Origin: Chrysomallon squamiferum
Taxonomy: Eukaryota; Animalia; Mollusca
NCBI GenBank assembly: GCA_012295275.1
Contig: CM022670.1
Span: 14,260,001 to 14,324,000 of the forward strand
Reading direction: 5' to 3'
DNA length: 64,000 nucleotides
Both the position numbers and the translations under genes were made by a program. The notes under the pieces were generated by a model. The model was given only the letters and a program-made list of their open reading frames with translations. It was not told the origin of the DNA and ran no database searches. Below, piece by piece: positions 23,484-38,517 of this stretch (position 1 is the stretch's first letter; every line of letters starts with the position of its first letter).

Positions 23484-26298
23484 AGTTCAACGATACCATC
23501 GCAGAATATTTAATAAAAGCAGCAATAAAATCAAATGTGTTAATATGCGGTAAGAACTATTTTTATTACAATTTTTTTTATTTATTACGGCTTTCTTTTT
23601 CTTTCCTTTTTATCCCTTCCTCTGACTTTGTACCACTTTTGAACGTATTCTGTTTCACGCATGTACTAGATCAATAACAAAGCTGCCGCACTTTGATTTG
23701 GTCAAAGCAAACATGGAACAAAAAAAAAAAAAAAAAAAAAAATGAATAAGAAAGAAAAATATTCTTCCAAATCCTCGTATCATGTTTCTCTCATTGATAT
23801 CCATTAGGACAACGAATGTCAAACACGACAACGACAGCGGCTAATGGTACCAGCTGTGCAAGTTACACAATGGTGTTATGGAAACTTCAAATCGCGATAT
23901 CAAATGACAGTTGGAAACCGACATTAATTGCAGCCATTCGCCACAACAAAGTGTTATATCTCATGCCGTGTTACATCGCTTTCACACTCTTTATTATTCT
24001 GGATGGCATGTAAAATGCCCGCAGTAATCAGGGTTTACTGCGGAGGAGACAGACTTCCGGTTCAAAATTTGTTTGACTTCCGTTCACGAAGAGAAATAAA
24101 AATTGTTGATCTGTTTTCATTCGTGACAATCAGAATTTTTGGCATGTACACTGTTTGGATATTAATTGTAATTCAAACCATTTTCATTTTTGTTGCCTAA
24201 ACTAAATAACTAACGCTACAGAGATCAAAATAAACCTGAACATAGAATACTAAAATCCACGACTTATATAGATTGACCATGACAAATTCTCTGACTTATG
24301 TTTAAAATTAATCAGTTAATACTGTAATGTGTCACTCAAATACAGTATGGAGTATGCTTTAATATATAAATGGTGGTTTCAGGTAACAATCCACCTATAT
24401 AAGTTGTTTTTAAATATTACGAAAATAGATTCCATTTCGTGTAATATAATTATTAATTCATTTAAATTTTGTATTTAAATATCTCGTAAATGAGAGAGAG
24501 AAATAGAAATAATAAAAAATATATAAATAAAATATGAACAACAACAAAAACAAAACAAAAACACCTATACAACGTAACAATACTAAAAATAATAGGAAGA
24601 AACAAAAAAAAAAAAAAAAAAAAAAGTACAGTTTAACCAGTATTAAATTACCGTTTTTTAGTGGACAAACTGATTTCAGAGCAGTGCAATATTTAAAACT
24701 GTACTCGAAACTACAGTCGCCCCTGACCAAAAGAAGAAGAAGAAACAATATAAAGAAAAATTCCAGATTTCATAATCACATCTTAATGCACTCTTAAACC
24801 AATTTTCGCTCTTTGTACGTCATGAATTCATTTAAGAAACCATTCTACTTTAATTCACGTCATTTTCAATATTTTTAATTGCGTCACTTCTTTATCAGCC
24901 AATCAATCTAGCCCTCTGGGACTTTTTAAAATCTGGCTGCCGGTGGATACACTGCAGTTGTTGTCAGTTTTGATAAATCGACTTCATCTGATTAAAAACA
25001 ATTTCGTCTGCCATCAGTTTATCGTTATTCACGTTTTCAATGACAGACGTTTTGCTTGTTCGCTTCTTCAGCATATTTAGTATTCATTGCAAGGCAAACA
25101 AAATGGCGATCATAATCGCAAAAAAACCACTTCAGCGTTTGTGTACGCTTTCCCGTGTTTATTTGCTAAACAGTTGAAACATCAAAGTGCGAAGATGAAA
25201 CGAAACAGAGTTATTACAATGGTGGATGTTAATGGTGGATCGAATATTTCTCACTCTTCCCATAGGAAGCCACGTTGGACACCGGTAGTCTAAATATTGA
25301 TACGCGTTTCGATACGGTTGCTTGCAATCTTGCAATTCGACTGGTTTTAGTTTTTGTTTGTCGTAAAGGGGATGGGTTGAAAGAAGCGCAAGAAATAATT
25401 AGGAAAAAAAAAAAAAAAATAAAAAAAAAAAAAAAAACCCTGAAAAATGTAAAAAAAAAAACAAAACCAGCAAAAACAACAACAATAAGTACATGAAAAA
25501 AGAAAAAAAGAAAAAGAAAAGAAACTAATAATCCATACAAACCCAGCTAAATAAATAAATAAATAAATCAGTATATAAAAAATAAAATAAAACAAACAAA
25601 AATGTAATCATTATTGCATTGTTATATATAGATTGCATTCTTCATATTCGTTCCAGATGACAGCCTTAGAAATTCATTTACTTGTTCGTTCGTTGTCATC
25701 ATGTAACAGATGTTTGTTTTGTTGTTGTTTTTTTTTTTTTTTTTTCATACTGAGATTTGTTTAATAAAGTTGTACACAACATGTAGATTATTAAATATGT
25801 CACTAGTAATGGAATCATGACAGGAAAGTAATTAAAATTCTTGAAAATAAAGAAGAAAATAAAACAACGAAAAGAACAAAAATATAAATAATAAAATGTA
25901 ATTGACAACATCAGCAGCAGAGACAACAACAACATCACCAGATGTAATACTACAACTACTGCTACTACTACTACTACTACTACTACTAATATTAATTAAA
26001 AAAAAAAAAAAAAGTAATAGTAATAATAATAATAATGATAATAATAATAATTATAATAATGCAGGTGTGATAATAGAAATAGTACTTGCTAGTAACAGCA
26101 CTGTTGACATCTTTCATGCGTTGCTTGTAAAATAACACAGATTTGCAATGAATGGTTTCTATAAATTGGTCGGACCGATAATCAGAATGACATGCTGAAT
26201 CGTTGTACAAACGTTTTGATTTAATATATTATAACTGTTAAGAATGATGAATCATAACACTGGAACTGAGAACGTTTTTTTTTCTTTATAATTGTGTG

Positions 26299-26338
<40 letters not shown>

Positions 26339-27142
26339 AATAAAGTAATATATGACGATAGAAACAAAAGGAACAAACAAACAAACGAGCAAATAAATAC
26401 TACTACTCTTACTTCTATTACTACTACTACTGCTACTGCTGCTACTGCTACTACTACTACTAATAATAATAATTATTATAATAAAAATAACACTACTACT
26501 GTTGCTACTGCTGCTACAAGCACTATAAATAATTATAATAATAAATGATAACATAAACAGATTAAATGATTAATTAAACTTTGTGCACTAAACATAACAT
26601 ATCGCTTAAACGTATACAGTCACTACTTAAACAACTACGACAATAGCAGAATTAACAGCAACAACCACTGTGACGATGACATCAACAGAAAAAAAAAACA
26701 ATAAAGAAGTAAAACTGAGACCCATAAACAGATATAAAACTGATGTCATAATTATACACTTGATAACGTTAAAAGGTAATTTCACACATTATAAGCACCA
26801 ATGTCTTTTTAATTCAGAGATAAACAGTGCCGTTCGTGCGTTTCGTCGTAACTCCCAGATTTTCAGTCCAGAAATATAACTTTTAATTTACAGTAAATTA
26901 ATCACAAAACCAAAATAATTTAACCTGATTGGATAACGAGACTGGGGTAATGATGATGTACACGAAATGAGTTTTGTTTGATTTGTTGCTGTCTGCTTGT
27001 CTGTCTGTCTCTGTCTCTATGTTTTTTTTTTTGCTTTTTGTAATAAATAATACACCAAAGGTTTTCATGTATTTTCTTTATTTTCACCTTTCATAAAGTC
27101 TGGAATCAAAAGAAAGAAATGAAAATTATTCAGTTTGAAATA

Positions 27143-27219
<77 letters not shown>

Positions 27220-27275
27220 ATAATAATAATAATGATGACGATGATGATGATGATAATAAAATAATAATAATAATA
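27143..27275. repeat. Compound (ACT)n/(AAT)n/(GAT)n microsatellite
   Basis: Direct reading. Confidence 0.95.
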
Positions 27276-28478
27276 AGAAGCAGAAGAATAAGATTAAGAA
27301 TAAAAATACAATTTAAATAGAAATTAAAATCTGAAAAAAAACTAGAAAAAAACCACAAAAAAAAAACAACCTAAAAAAAAACACGGCTTCCGACAAATAC
27401 ATACATTAGCTTCAATGCGTCAAAAAATGACGCCAATTCAAAAACGACAGTCTCAGACGATACATGCCAACTGTGTGATTTTATTGCAGAGCCAAGTACT
27501 TGGAAAACAATGTACGGCTCGTGGAATGGCTTAAACATGTTCTTTATCTGAAATCAATACGTTAGCCTGCAGTGAAAACTCACAGTGGTTTCGACAAGGA
27601 GAAACTTTTCTTTTTTTCCCTTTCCTGAACTTACGACAAAATAAATGACAAACACGACATTATGAAAGCAAATTAAACTAGGAGCGGATCAAAGAATTTA
27701 AATAAAGGGTCTGTGTGTGTGAAATTGTGGTACTGTCCTTGTGGTGGATATAAATATGAATATATATATATACACACACACACACATGATTCATGCATGC
27801 ATACATAGCTCTAAAGGGTCTTGGTTCAGGGATTAATATACAATTACACAGGTCATCGAATCACCCATGCCCCCACCCCACCCCACCACACACACACACA
27901 CACACACCTTGGCCATATCTTTATTTATAACATAATAATGGAATTACTTGTTCTTGTAGATACATTTATAAATACATTTTTAATTAACACTGAGATAAGA
28001 GTATTCTATTAATTTCGTGTCTGTTTTTAGGAACAACAAAAAATGTGCGTGTTTGTATGTGTGTCTGTGTGTTTGAGTGTGTATGAGTTTGTCTGTGCGT
28101 GCGTGTGAAATTAATTATGAGACTTGTATCAGTAGTAATGTATGTGTTTTTGTATGTGTGTGTGAATATGTGTATGTGCATATGTGTGTAAGAGTATGTC
28201 CATTTCTATACATACACGAGAGACAATAAAAATTAAATATCAGAAAAAAAATCTAAAGGTGTATTCATACAAATATTTGAAATTACTTTATCAATTTAAA
28301 TAGATATACTTCCTGTAACATATTCAAAATAATAATGATAATGCATTATAATAAATATACAATAACAAGAAAAGATTAAATGGTCACTCAGTCTTTCTAG
28401 AGTTTTGAATCAAATCAACAGTATAAACAGATCGATTTGATTGGCCATCCATCCAACATTTCTTGTTCTTTCTTTCTT

Positions 28479-28509
<31 letters not shown>

Positions 28510-28586
28510 TGCGCGCGCACACAAAAACACACACAAATATTTAAAGTAAAAAAGAAAAAAAAAAGTACAGACAAAACCCCCAACAA

Positions 28587-28635
<49 letters not shown>

Positions 28636-28907
28636 AAAACACTCACAAAAAAAAAAAAAAAAAAAAAAAAAAACAAGCAGGGTAAGTTAAGTCTTTGATA
28701 CTAGGAATTACATATTAATATCACACTCGCAGAACCTGATATAATAATCAGAAGAAGAAAAAAAAAATAATAATAAAGAGTAAGAAAGAAGAACAAGTAT
28801 ATGAAAAAGAAGAGAAAGAATATGAACAGTATCAATAGCAAGAACAACTAAGTATAAAATCTTCATCATCACCATCAACAACAATGAAGAAATAAATTCA
28901 GAGAGAG

Positions 28908-28972
<65 letters not shown>

Positions 28973-29422
28973 TTTTTACTGTTTAAGTCTCAGGATTAAT
29001 CCGGGTGCATACAAAGTACCTTAAAAGATCGATGGCTTTGATCAGTAAATGCAACTCAAAGTACGTTATTAAAACAAACCAATCCTTTGTAGCTGATTAA
29101 AACAACAAATAGTTTATTCATCTATAAACCAGTCAACACTTATTTACTGTTCATGATACATATTTTGCACATAATTTGTTGATTTTGGGTTGTTTTTCTT
29201 TTATCGCTGAGAACAGAATACTGTTTGGTACTGTGCAACCTCCTTAACTGGTTTTGTCCAGAAGCAACGTGTACCGAGACGCCGCAGTTATTGGAGAAAA
29301 CTGTACATCACACTATATTGCCGAACAGTAGACGGTAAACGTTTGAAAGGAACCAGTGATACTGTACATTCCGCTTTACCTACACTCACGGACACAGTTA
29401 AGAAATAACAACAGTTAAGAAA

Positions 29423-32400
29423 ATGGAGAAAAGAGAAGGTAAGTTCTGATACGCTAGTATGTTATAAAACAACAATATAAAACGACCTGTACAGGCTGTA
29501 GTATAGATAACAGATAGATAGAGGAATCGATTAGTGAAGCCATTTATAGCTGCAATAATATATGAAAGCAATACAAAATATACAAAGAGAAAGAAATAAC
29601 AAAATATACAATTTGTACAAATTTTCGACGCCTGCATTTAACGAAAATGAGTGTTATCATTACAAGTAAATAATACAGCTGTACTGAACGGGTCGAAGCA
29701 AAAACAAATGAGCAAAAGAGCCGTGCTAGCCATATATTCACACAGTTGTTTACTGACATAGAATTGCCAAGCGTTTGGCTTAGTGTGTGTGCATGTTCAA
29801 TTATTTACTGCTTGGCGTTGCTCGAGAAAGAGGTCAGGGTTGCTTCGACATGAGCAGGCGAATCCCGTGTTATTTGCGATGTTAATTGTTTTCAGTACGG
29901 CCGACGTTGCGATGAGTCATATTCTGCAAAACTACAAAACAAAAACTATCAACAAACATTTTAATAATCGATTTTAAATTGTGTATATTAAAGATAATAT
30001 TGATAATGATAATTGTAATAATAACTGATATACAGACACGCAGACATGCTTGCAGACATTCATACGAGAAACTACATAATTATGAATAATATACAAAATA
30101 GTAGTAGCAGCAGTAACAGCAGTAGCAGTAGTAGTAGCAGTAGTTGTAGTAGTAATAATAACAATTGTAAAATGAGCAATAATAACAAAACCAACAATAA
30201 TAATAACTTTCAACACCATGAGAATCATTTAGACCATTCCTTGTGGGAAAAAAGAAAAAAGGTACACTTTAAAAACAAACGAATATGACAATCATAGAAA
30301 ATACACACACATTATTCATCCTTACCACTGTCCAGACTACTAATAATACAATATTTATTAAGCACACAACTAATAAATTAAAATAAAATAAATAGAAATA
30401 AAAATACATAATTAAAGAAGAAGAAGAAAAAAAATAACCGCTATAATTTCTCCCCCTCAAATAATATAAAATACGAACCAATTAAAATTAAAAAAAAATT
30501 AATTAAAAGCCCCAAAACATTATAAAATAAATTAAAGAAATAAAGAAATAAAACAAATAGTAATAAAAAATAAATAAATAATAAAAAATAAATAAAAATA
30601 AATATAAAGAAAGAAAGGAAGAAAACACCCCAAAAAGTACCCAACCCTTAAAACAAATAAATGAAGGCGTATACACAGAAATTATATTGCTTCACCTATA
30701 AATATTATTATTAATACAACATATTTAAATTTTTAGACATTCTAAACGGTTTCTTTCTTTCTTTCTTTTTTCTTTCTTTCTTTCTTTTTCTTTCTTTTTC
30801 TTTCTTTCATGTCTTTTTGTATGTTACGTAACAGAATGTTTAAAAGCCAACGTGATCGAGGTTCCTCTTTTTCATCTTCATTTAGACCATGGGTATTCAA
30901 CCTGGGGGTCGCCAGCCTTTTTTTCTGGGGGTCGCGAGATCGTTCTTGAGCGAGGGTGTGTTTTAGATTTTTTCAACTTGGAAGGAGGAATAAATAAAAA
31001 CGTGTAGACAGGTTTGGGACCCGTCATAGTGAATATAAATTCCTTTTGTACTGTCTTTGATTGATGAAAATATGGTTGCCCTAGATATTATTGAATCAAA
31101 ATTTTTAAAGGGGGACCTCGGTCATATTGAGTTGGTCATAATGGGTCACGGTATGAAAATGGTTGAAAACCGGTGATTTAGACAAATATATTTTTGCAGT
31201 CATAGTTTTGAGAACGAAACGATATATATTTTTAAAATTTATTTCAGATGTTGGTCATGAAGGGTATCCACCACAAAATGTAAGTTGTTTCAACTATATA
31301 AAAATATAAATTAGTTTCTCCATACATAAATTTTCGTTTTTATTATTTTTATTATTATTATTTTTTTTATCCTATTTTATTTATTTATATTACACTTATT
31401 CTTATTTCATTAATAATATATTTGATTTGATTTGATTTGATTTATATTTTTTATCATTTTAAATTATTTTTTCTTTCGCTGGTTGTTATATTTCAAGCAT
31501 TGGTATTTACGACACGTAGTACATTTTTTTTTTCCAATTGAATCGATCATCGTTTTATGTGCATTCATATGTCTGTGTGAACTTACAATAGCTATTACAA
31601 CTTAATAAAACAATAAAGCAATAATAGTAATAATAATATGATAACGACGACAATAACGACACTAGTAATAATAATGATGATGATGATGATGATGATTTAT
31701 TTTAGCCACCACCAGCGTATGGTCAATCACAAGTGAATTATGGACCTCCACCTCCAGGCTATGGACCTGCACCTCCCGGATATGCTCCACCTCCTCAAGG
31801 TTACCCCCCAGGTCAAGCTCAACCAGGATATGGGCAACAACCACACGGATACGGCCCACCACCACCATCAGGATATGGGCCGCCACCTCCTGGTTACGGA
31901 CCAGTAACAGGACGAGATCAAATGGTCGTAAGTAGATTCTCTGTACAGTTTGTGAGTCTGTCTCAAGAAAATTCACATAAAACATTTGTTTTAGCAGTTT
32001 TATATTTTAAGTTATTCAGAAAACAACAACATTTTTTTTTTGAAACTGATACATGTCTTGTTGTTATTTTGTTATTGCACTTGTAAAAAGGAAAGATCGT
32101 CGAACATATGAATCTTCATATATTTTATGCACCAATTCATGCATTTATTAACTTTATACTCTGATATGATCTTCAGTAAATAGTTGTAAGTGTTACAAAA
32201 CATATACTTTTTTATTGGGCTGATGCTCCAGATTTGGATGAGTTAATATTCACAAGTAGTGCTTAAGTGATATGTCACTGAATTCGTATAGCAGTTTGTA
32301 CTTATTATTTATTTATTCACCCATACATATATTTATTTATCAATTTATTTATTTAATTATTTATTTGTTTAAATATTTAAGTATTTAAGTGTTTGATCAC

Positions 32401-32500
32401 GAATCTTCAGTAATGGGATCAATCAATATTCTGTTTTTTTTCTTTGCTATGTCTTTAAATTTATTGGTTTATGGCTTCCTTTGGAATGGCATATATAACT

Positions 32501-32566
<66 letters not shown>

Positions 32567-34459
32567 TACCTAATCGAATTGTAAGATCAACTTACGTATT
32601 AAAATGGGATAAGGTTCATCTGAACACTTAATTAGTTTATCTCTATTATACTCACTGTAAGATCAACTTACGTATTATAATGGGATAAGGTTCATCTGAA
32701 CACTTAATTAATTTTATTTATTCTACACCGGAGAGTGCGTCTATTTATAACTGGATATAATTAGTCTTTTTTTTTTTTTTAATCTGCGAGTTTGTGAATT
32801 GGTCAGTGAGTTTCTTGTTCACTGATCGGTGAATAAGTCATTGATCAGTTAGTAACTTTATTACTGAGTTATTCCGTAAATCTGTCTGTGAGTAGGTGAG
32901 TCGGTCACGCTTTCATTTATTCGTTTCACTTTCAAGGGAAAACAGTTGAGATTTTCTGCTGAATTCATACTTACTTGTTACGTACTAAGATTGTAAATTA
33001 GTTTACTATGAAATTCTCAAGTTACCAATATGTTTACTGGCTCATAAATTGTTCCTATCATAATGTGTACGCAGGGAAATGGACTAGAAACCTAAGCTGC
33101 TTGCTATGGTAAATTTACGATTTTGCTGCTGCATGCACAAAACAAGAGGGCGTCCGTTGCTATGGTTACAGTACCACATCTGCATTATTGCAATATGAAT
33201 TATGAATATTAAAAGAGTATGCAAGTGTATGAGTGTCTGTGTATGTAAACATACACTTTCTATATGTGTATAATATATTCTGTTTTTTTACGTGTTACTA
33301 TTAGTGCTGTTACATATTTCTTTCAGATTATTCAACAGCCAGCAAACACTCTGATTGTTCATCCTGCAGCCCGACCCCCTGATTACCTGATCCTGTCTAT
33401 CGTATCTTGTTGTTTCTGCTGGCCTATGGCCATAGCCGCTCTCATCTGTTCACATGGGGTAAGTCATTTGGAGAAATAGATATTTTCGTATCAGTATGTA
33501 AGTGTGTTACAGTTAGTCTCTAAAACCTGTCAGGACGTGTAATGCCTGAAATAATCGATCATTTCACTACTGTTTAACACCACCATTCTGTTCGTGTAAT
33601 GTCTAAAATGTTCAGTCAGTTCATGAAATGACTAGGATTAGCCTATTTGTCTAATATGCTTGTTGACAACATGTAATATACGTTTGCTGAATTTTACCAT
33701 CATTTTCATTTTATTTATCTCGTATGGTTAAAAATGATTTCTAATGATTTTGCACGGACAGAGCAGAAGGATTAGGGATCTGTTGAACATGATTTTAATG
33801 ATTAAAGGCTATTAACGTTTAGAACTTGACACTGTTTGCTCGCTTGTTGTTAGACTTAATCACAACATGTAAACAGTGACAGAAATGGAGAGAGGTTACG
33901 GAGGGAGATGGTATTTCCATACTTTTTAATTTCCAGGTTATGACTGATTTCTGAATTAATATGGAGTCTCAATCGTTCACTAGTTATCATTTGTCAAGTT
34001 TCTAGCAAATGAAATTAAATAATTTGTTTTCTTTAATTATGATTTACATATTTTACTCAGCTCTCAAAAACAGACATATTAAATTATCTCATCAAAAAAT
34101 TATAATCTCAGTCTTTCCTTACTGAATTAGTAGCTTTACGCGAAGACGGTTACGCTGGAGTACAAACATACACATAGATATCCACACCCACAATCACACA
34201 TACACACATCCACAGTCACACACCCATCCAACCCCACATACACACACTCTCCGGAGGATTTCGTAAATCTGTTTTCTGTTTATTTTTTCAGTCCCGAACT
34301 GCATCAGACGCTGGTGATTTTGAGGAGGCGAGACGTAAGGGAATGAATGCCAGGAATATAGCAATTAGCGCCATTGTATTTGGTATGATCATCATTGTTA
34401 TTTCTGTCGTTCTCAGACTCGTCATATACAACACCATGTCGAGGCAATATTACGGATAA
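29423..34459 (+). CDS. Proline-rich CD225/dispanin membrane protein (PRRT1/IFITM family), paralog A, 189 aa
   Basis: Exons 29423-29438 (ATG, MEKRE), 31248-31279, 31706-31927 (PPGY repeats), 33327-33458 ([26 protein letters not shown]), 34292-34459 (SR...[13 protein letters not shown] plus a transmembrane helix, TAA). All GT-AG and phase-consistent. Confidence 0.9.
30888..31175. mobile_element. hAT (Charlie/Buster-type) MITE, 288 bp, in dispanin A intron 1
   Basis: Imperfect TIRs CATGGGTATTCAACC / GGTTGAAAACCGGTG, GGGGGTCGC subterminal repeats, perfect 8-bp TSD ATTTAGAC at 30880-30887 and 31176-31183. Confidence 0.88.
31706..31927 (+). CDS. Dispanin A exon 3, Pro/Gly/Tyr/Gln-rich
   Basis: tttag/gtaag boundaries, 222 bp; PPPAYGQ...GRDQMV. 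Confidence 0.9.
32580..32712. repeat. Tandem direct repeat of ~55 bp, two copies 76 bp apart
   Basis: TGTAAGATCAACTTACGTATTA(A/T)AATGGGATAAGGTTCATCTGAACACTTAATTA at 32580 and 32656. Confidence 0.9.
33327..33458 (+). CDS. Dispanin A exon 4, CD225 first hydrophobic segment
   Basis: tttcag/gtaag boundaries; P.DYL.LSI..C.FC.P.AI.A...S signature. Confidence 0.92.
34292..34459 (+). CDS. Dispanin A exon 5, CD225 loop plus transmembrane helix
   Basis: ttttcag acceptor; GD.E.A...G..A signature; TAA at 34457-34459. Confidence 0.92.
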   Translation, partial: SRTASDAGDFEEARRKGMNARNIAISAIVFGMIIIVISVVLRLVIYNTMSRQYYG

Positions 34460-36884
34460 TAAAACTGAAACTTCGGCTCGACACTAGTATTACATTCTTC
34501 AATATTCCTGACCAATGAATAATTAATTAGATAGGCTACTAACCAGTCAGTTAGCTCTAATACAAACCAGTCAACCAGCCATCCAGATAGCCAAGCAAGC
34601 AAGCAAGCAAGCAAAAACAAACTAATAACGAAATGAAGAACCACCCATTAGACAGATGCACAATTAATATTGGTTGCAATTATCGTAATTATTGCTGTGT
34701 ATTTGATTAGCTGCATTTCGTTGCATTTTAGAAAAAATATATCATTTTACGTTTATTATCTTATTACAACTTTATATTAAGTGTGTTTAATAGGTAAGTA
34801 AATTCACGATCTCGGAAATCTGTTCTGTTTTTGAATTAGAATGGCTTTGAAAAATAAATGAAAAAGAAAATACAGCAGCAAATCTGACTTATAATAGGAT
34901 GGTCATCGTTTCTGTAATTTTGACACAGCCTATTATTATAATACAAAAAAAAAATCACAAAAAATACACGCACACACAAAACAAAAAAGGTAAAAACAAC
35001 AACAACAAGAGAAGGTGGAAAATACTAAGAAGCAAACAATGTAGTGCACGACCTACATGAATACACAGAACCGTTCCCCCCAGTAATGATATAGTGTACT
35101 AATAAATAATTTTTATTTATTTATTTATTTATTTATTAATTTATTATTATTATTATTATTTTTTTTTTTGTCGGGACTTGAAGATGTTAGTTTTCATTCA
35201 GGTGATAATTAACACGTGAAATAATTTTGAAATAAACGCTTTAACTATTTAATCTTGATTTAAAGATCAGTGTTCGTCTCCATATACATATACTTGTATT
35301 TAATATACGTTGAGTTACGTGTTAATTGTATTTCCGTTTATAATCTTTAACTGCTACAGAAGTATTACATGTAAATATTAATGCTGTTACATATTACTTT
35401 CAGATTATTTAACAACACATATTCATATACCTGCCCCCACAACATACACATGTATGCACTAAATGATACACTAACCACGGATAAACATTGATATAATTAA
35501 TTACAGCTGTTACAGTATAACCTTTCCTTAAAATGGATCATGTTCGAATTTAGAAACAATATCTTTACGTTGAACAATTACAAGTGTTGTATTATTGTGA
35601 ACCCTGTCCCTTTAACTGATTAATATTTTTTCTATACATTTGTATTAGCGTATCATGTAGTACAACACGTTGTTAATGGCCACGCATATAAAACTTCGTT
35701 GGTGTTGTAACATATATTTTCTGTGATACTATTTGCAGTTTTTATATTCATGTAGAAAATATTTTCCAAAATTCTATGAGTATTTTATATATAATGTTTG
35801 ACGTGATGGAAATTGACTTTAACACACTCTTATTTGTTTATTTATACAGATACATAAAATATACACATACACATGTATACATACTCACAAATACACTCTT
35901 GTTAATATTGCACGCACCATGAATGTGTCTCTCTGGTATACAAGTGCTCTTAAATATTGTGTTGTCAAGTTATTATCTATGTTTTATTTGTCTAAGTCAG
36001 TTTTATCATGTACAAATAAAACAACAGCTCGCACATGCTGGCGTGAAATAAAATTTATCATTTCAGGTGATATAAGTGCCTACTTCTCTAACAAGTACAA
36101 AACCTTGTGTTATTATTTTCTTTCTCTAAATAATAAACACTTCATGTATTTTCTCCTATGTTTTCTTTTTCAAAAACTCTAAAAATGATTTGGACAGTGA
36201 TAGCAAAGACGTATTGACATGTACCATTTTCGCTGTTAATTTTTTAAATGTTGATTTGTTATATTGAATTTTAGCACTTGGACTTCTGTATTTTATTCAT
36301 TTTTAATAAAATGATAATAACATGACTTTGCGTTATCTAGTTTTTTGTTTCATTTCTTCTCTCTTCAATGGGATAATTCTTGCTCTCTTTTCTTTTTTTT
36401 TTCTAATTAGTGTCTACCAATTCTCTATCAAATATAATGATATATATATTTTCACGAGAAAGTGCTTATAAAAGGTTTTCTACTACTAATCCGATATATA
36501 CCTGCTTAGCGGGTTCATTTACACTGCAAACTGAATTAATGCCTACCTTTCGACAGTACTTAATGAAAGTATTAAACTGATTCCCTTTAAAAAAAAAAAA
36601 AATACAGTGGGAAGAGTATCTTGTATCTTTATAACTACAGTCTCCCCGACACAAAAGGGATGTTTATACATTTCTTTGTTAAAAAACAAAACAAAAAAAC
36701 AACAACATTGTGGCATGATATAATAAATAATCCTTATATTCATTTTTTTTATATTTGCACATAAGCTTTATTTTTTAGATAATTATTTAGTTGAAACTTT
36801 CACAGAATTAAAAACAAAAAGATATGTAGGATTTTTAATATACAGTTAATACAGATGATAATTAAATAAAATCAGGAAAACAGA

Positions 36885-37363
36885 CAATGTGTGATTCAAA
36901 AACTGGACAGTGTATCGGAGACTGTCATCCTGGATAAAGAACCAAAGACAGTTTTCAACGTACCCGACACAAACTCAAACATTTAGTAAATTATTTTTAA
37001 CAGTTTCATTCATTTATATCTTTCCTTTCATTCAGTGATTTAATAAAGTGCATTATATTAAACTCATTAATTCTATATAACAATTTTAAAGTCGCTGGTT
37101 ACTAATAGATAATTTTATATTAATTCTAATGAATTATTTCTCACGGATTCAACTGTTCAAAGTTTCGTACAGACAGACGCTGTAACGGACAGTGATGTTG
37201 TAATCACAGTGATGGTGAATGTAAAACGGGATGAAAAGGTGAATGGAAAGGTGTTGACTGTACAGGTGAATTGATATCTTCTTTTATTAATATACAATTC
37301 TTTATTTTTTCAACAGAGAATAAATAAATAAATGAGTACATAAACAAACAAACAAACAAATAA

Positions 37364-37448
<85 letters not shown>

Positions 37449-37650
37449 CATCATCATCATCATCCACAATATATGGTATGATCGCCAACGATATGAACAA
37501 CAAATATTTGATGAATATTTCAGAATGTGGTAACACATCGATTACAAATGTAATGACAGAAACTGCAAGAACGATAACTCGTTTCGCAATATTAAAAAAG
37601 GGGAAATAATTTAATGACGTAAACCTGGATGGAAGTGTTTAAGCTGTATT
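36885..37650 (+). pseudogene. Decayed multi-EGF (MEGF10/SREC-type laminin-EGF) gene fragment, three exon relics
   Basis: CDSKTGQCIGDCHPG* (~36890); HGFNCSKF.TDRRCNGQ*CCNHSDGECKTG*KGEWKGVDCT then gt (37143-37265); tttcag then EC...CNDRNCKNDNS...KPGWK..SC (~37524-37650). Stops and frameshifts present. Confidence 0.75.
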
Positions 37651-38484
37651 TAAAACTAAGTCATTTGTTGTACTAGCAACGGCATTCATGTTAAACAATA
37701 ATTCTAAATTTAGCTGACTAAAACAATTTAGTAATAAATAAATACTTTTTCTCATAGAATTCAATTTTTTGTAATTTTCTACTCTTAAAGTGAACAATCT
37801 GTATTTCAAAGATTAATAAAAGTATTAAGCAACTGAATAATTAATCAATATTTATTATTAATAAATAAATCTATTTTCTTCAACCCATATCTTTCTTTTT
37901 TCTATTATGTGAATGAACAGTTTATATTTCAAGGACAACTACTATGATAATAAATATTTATTTTATTTTATTTTATTTTATTATTTTTTTTTTTTTGCTT
38001 TTTTTTTTTTACTATTTAAATATAAACTATATAATATCAATTAAATATACAATATCAATTAAGGCAATAACAAATTATTTAAATTCAACAATTTCTCTAC
38101 TAAATTAACAAACTATTTAAATTCAACAATCTGCTAGTTTATAGATTTTAGTTCTTTAAAGGTTTACGTTACAATGGGCCGGTTCCGCAATGCGGTTATT
38201 TCGAGTTATGTCCCTTGATTTGTCGTTAGATGCCGCTGCGCAAACCACTTTCCGGGACTAAAAACAAAATTTGAATAACCAATTAAATTAATAATTAAAA
38301 ACAAAACTATACGTACTATACGACGTACTTAATTTCAGACCATACTAACCCGGTTATCGGAATAAAAAAAAAAAAAAAAAAAAAAAAATGTTCTTAATAA
38401 ATGTAAATAAGTTAACAACGTTCATGTTCTCATTCTTAGCTGCAGGTGTTTATAGCATCTTTTAAATCAATAAAAAGACATTTG

Positions 38485-38517
<33 letters not shown>

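Noticed and set aside
31662-31985. Antisense Val/His-rich ORFs over the proline-rich exons (also 60029-60535, 58596-58901, 59239-59469)
   Set aside because: Shadow frames of the Pro/Gly/Tyr-rich dispanin exons on the opposite strand.
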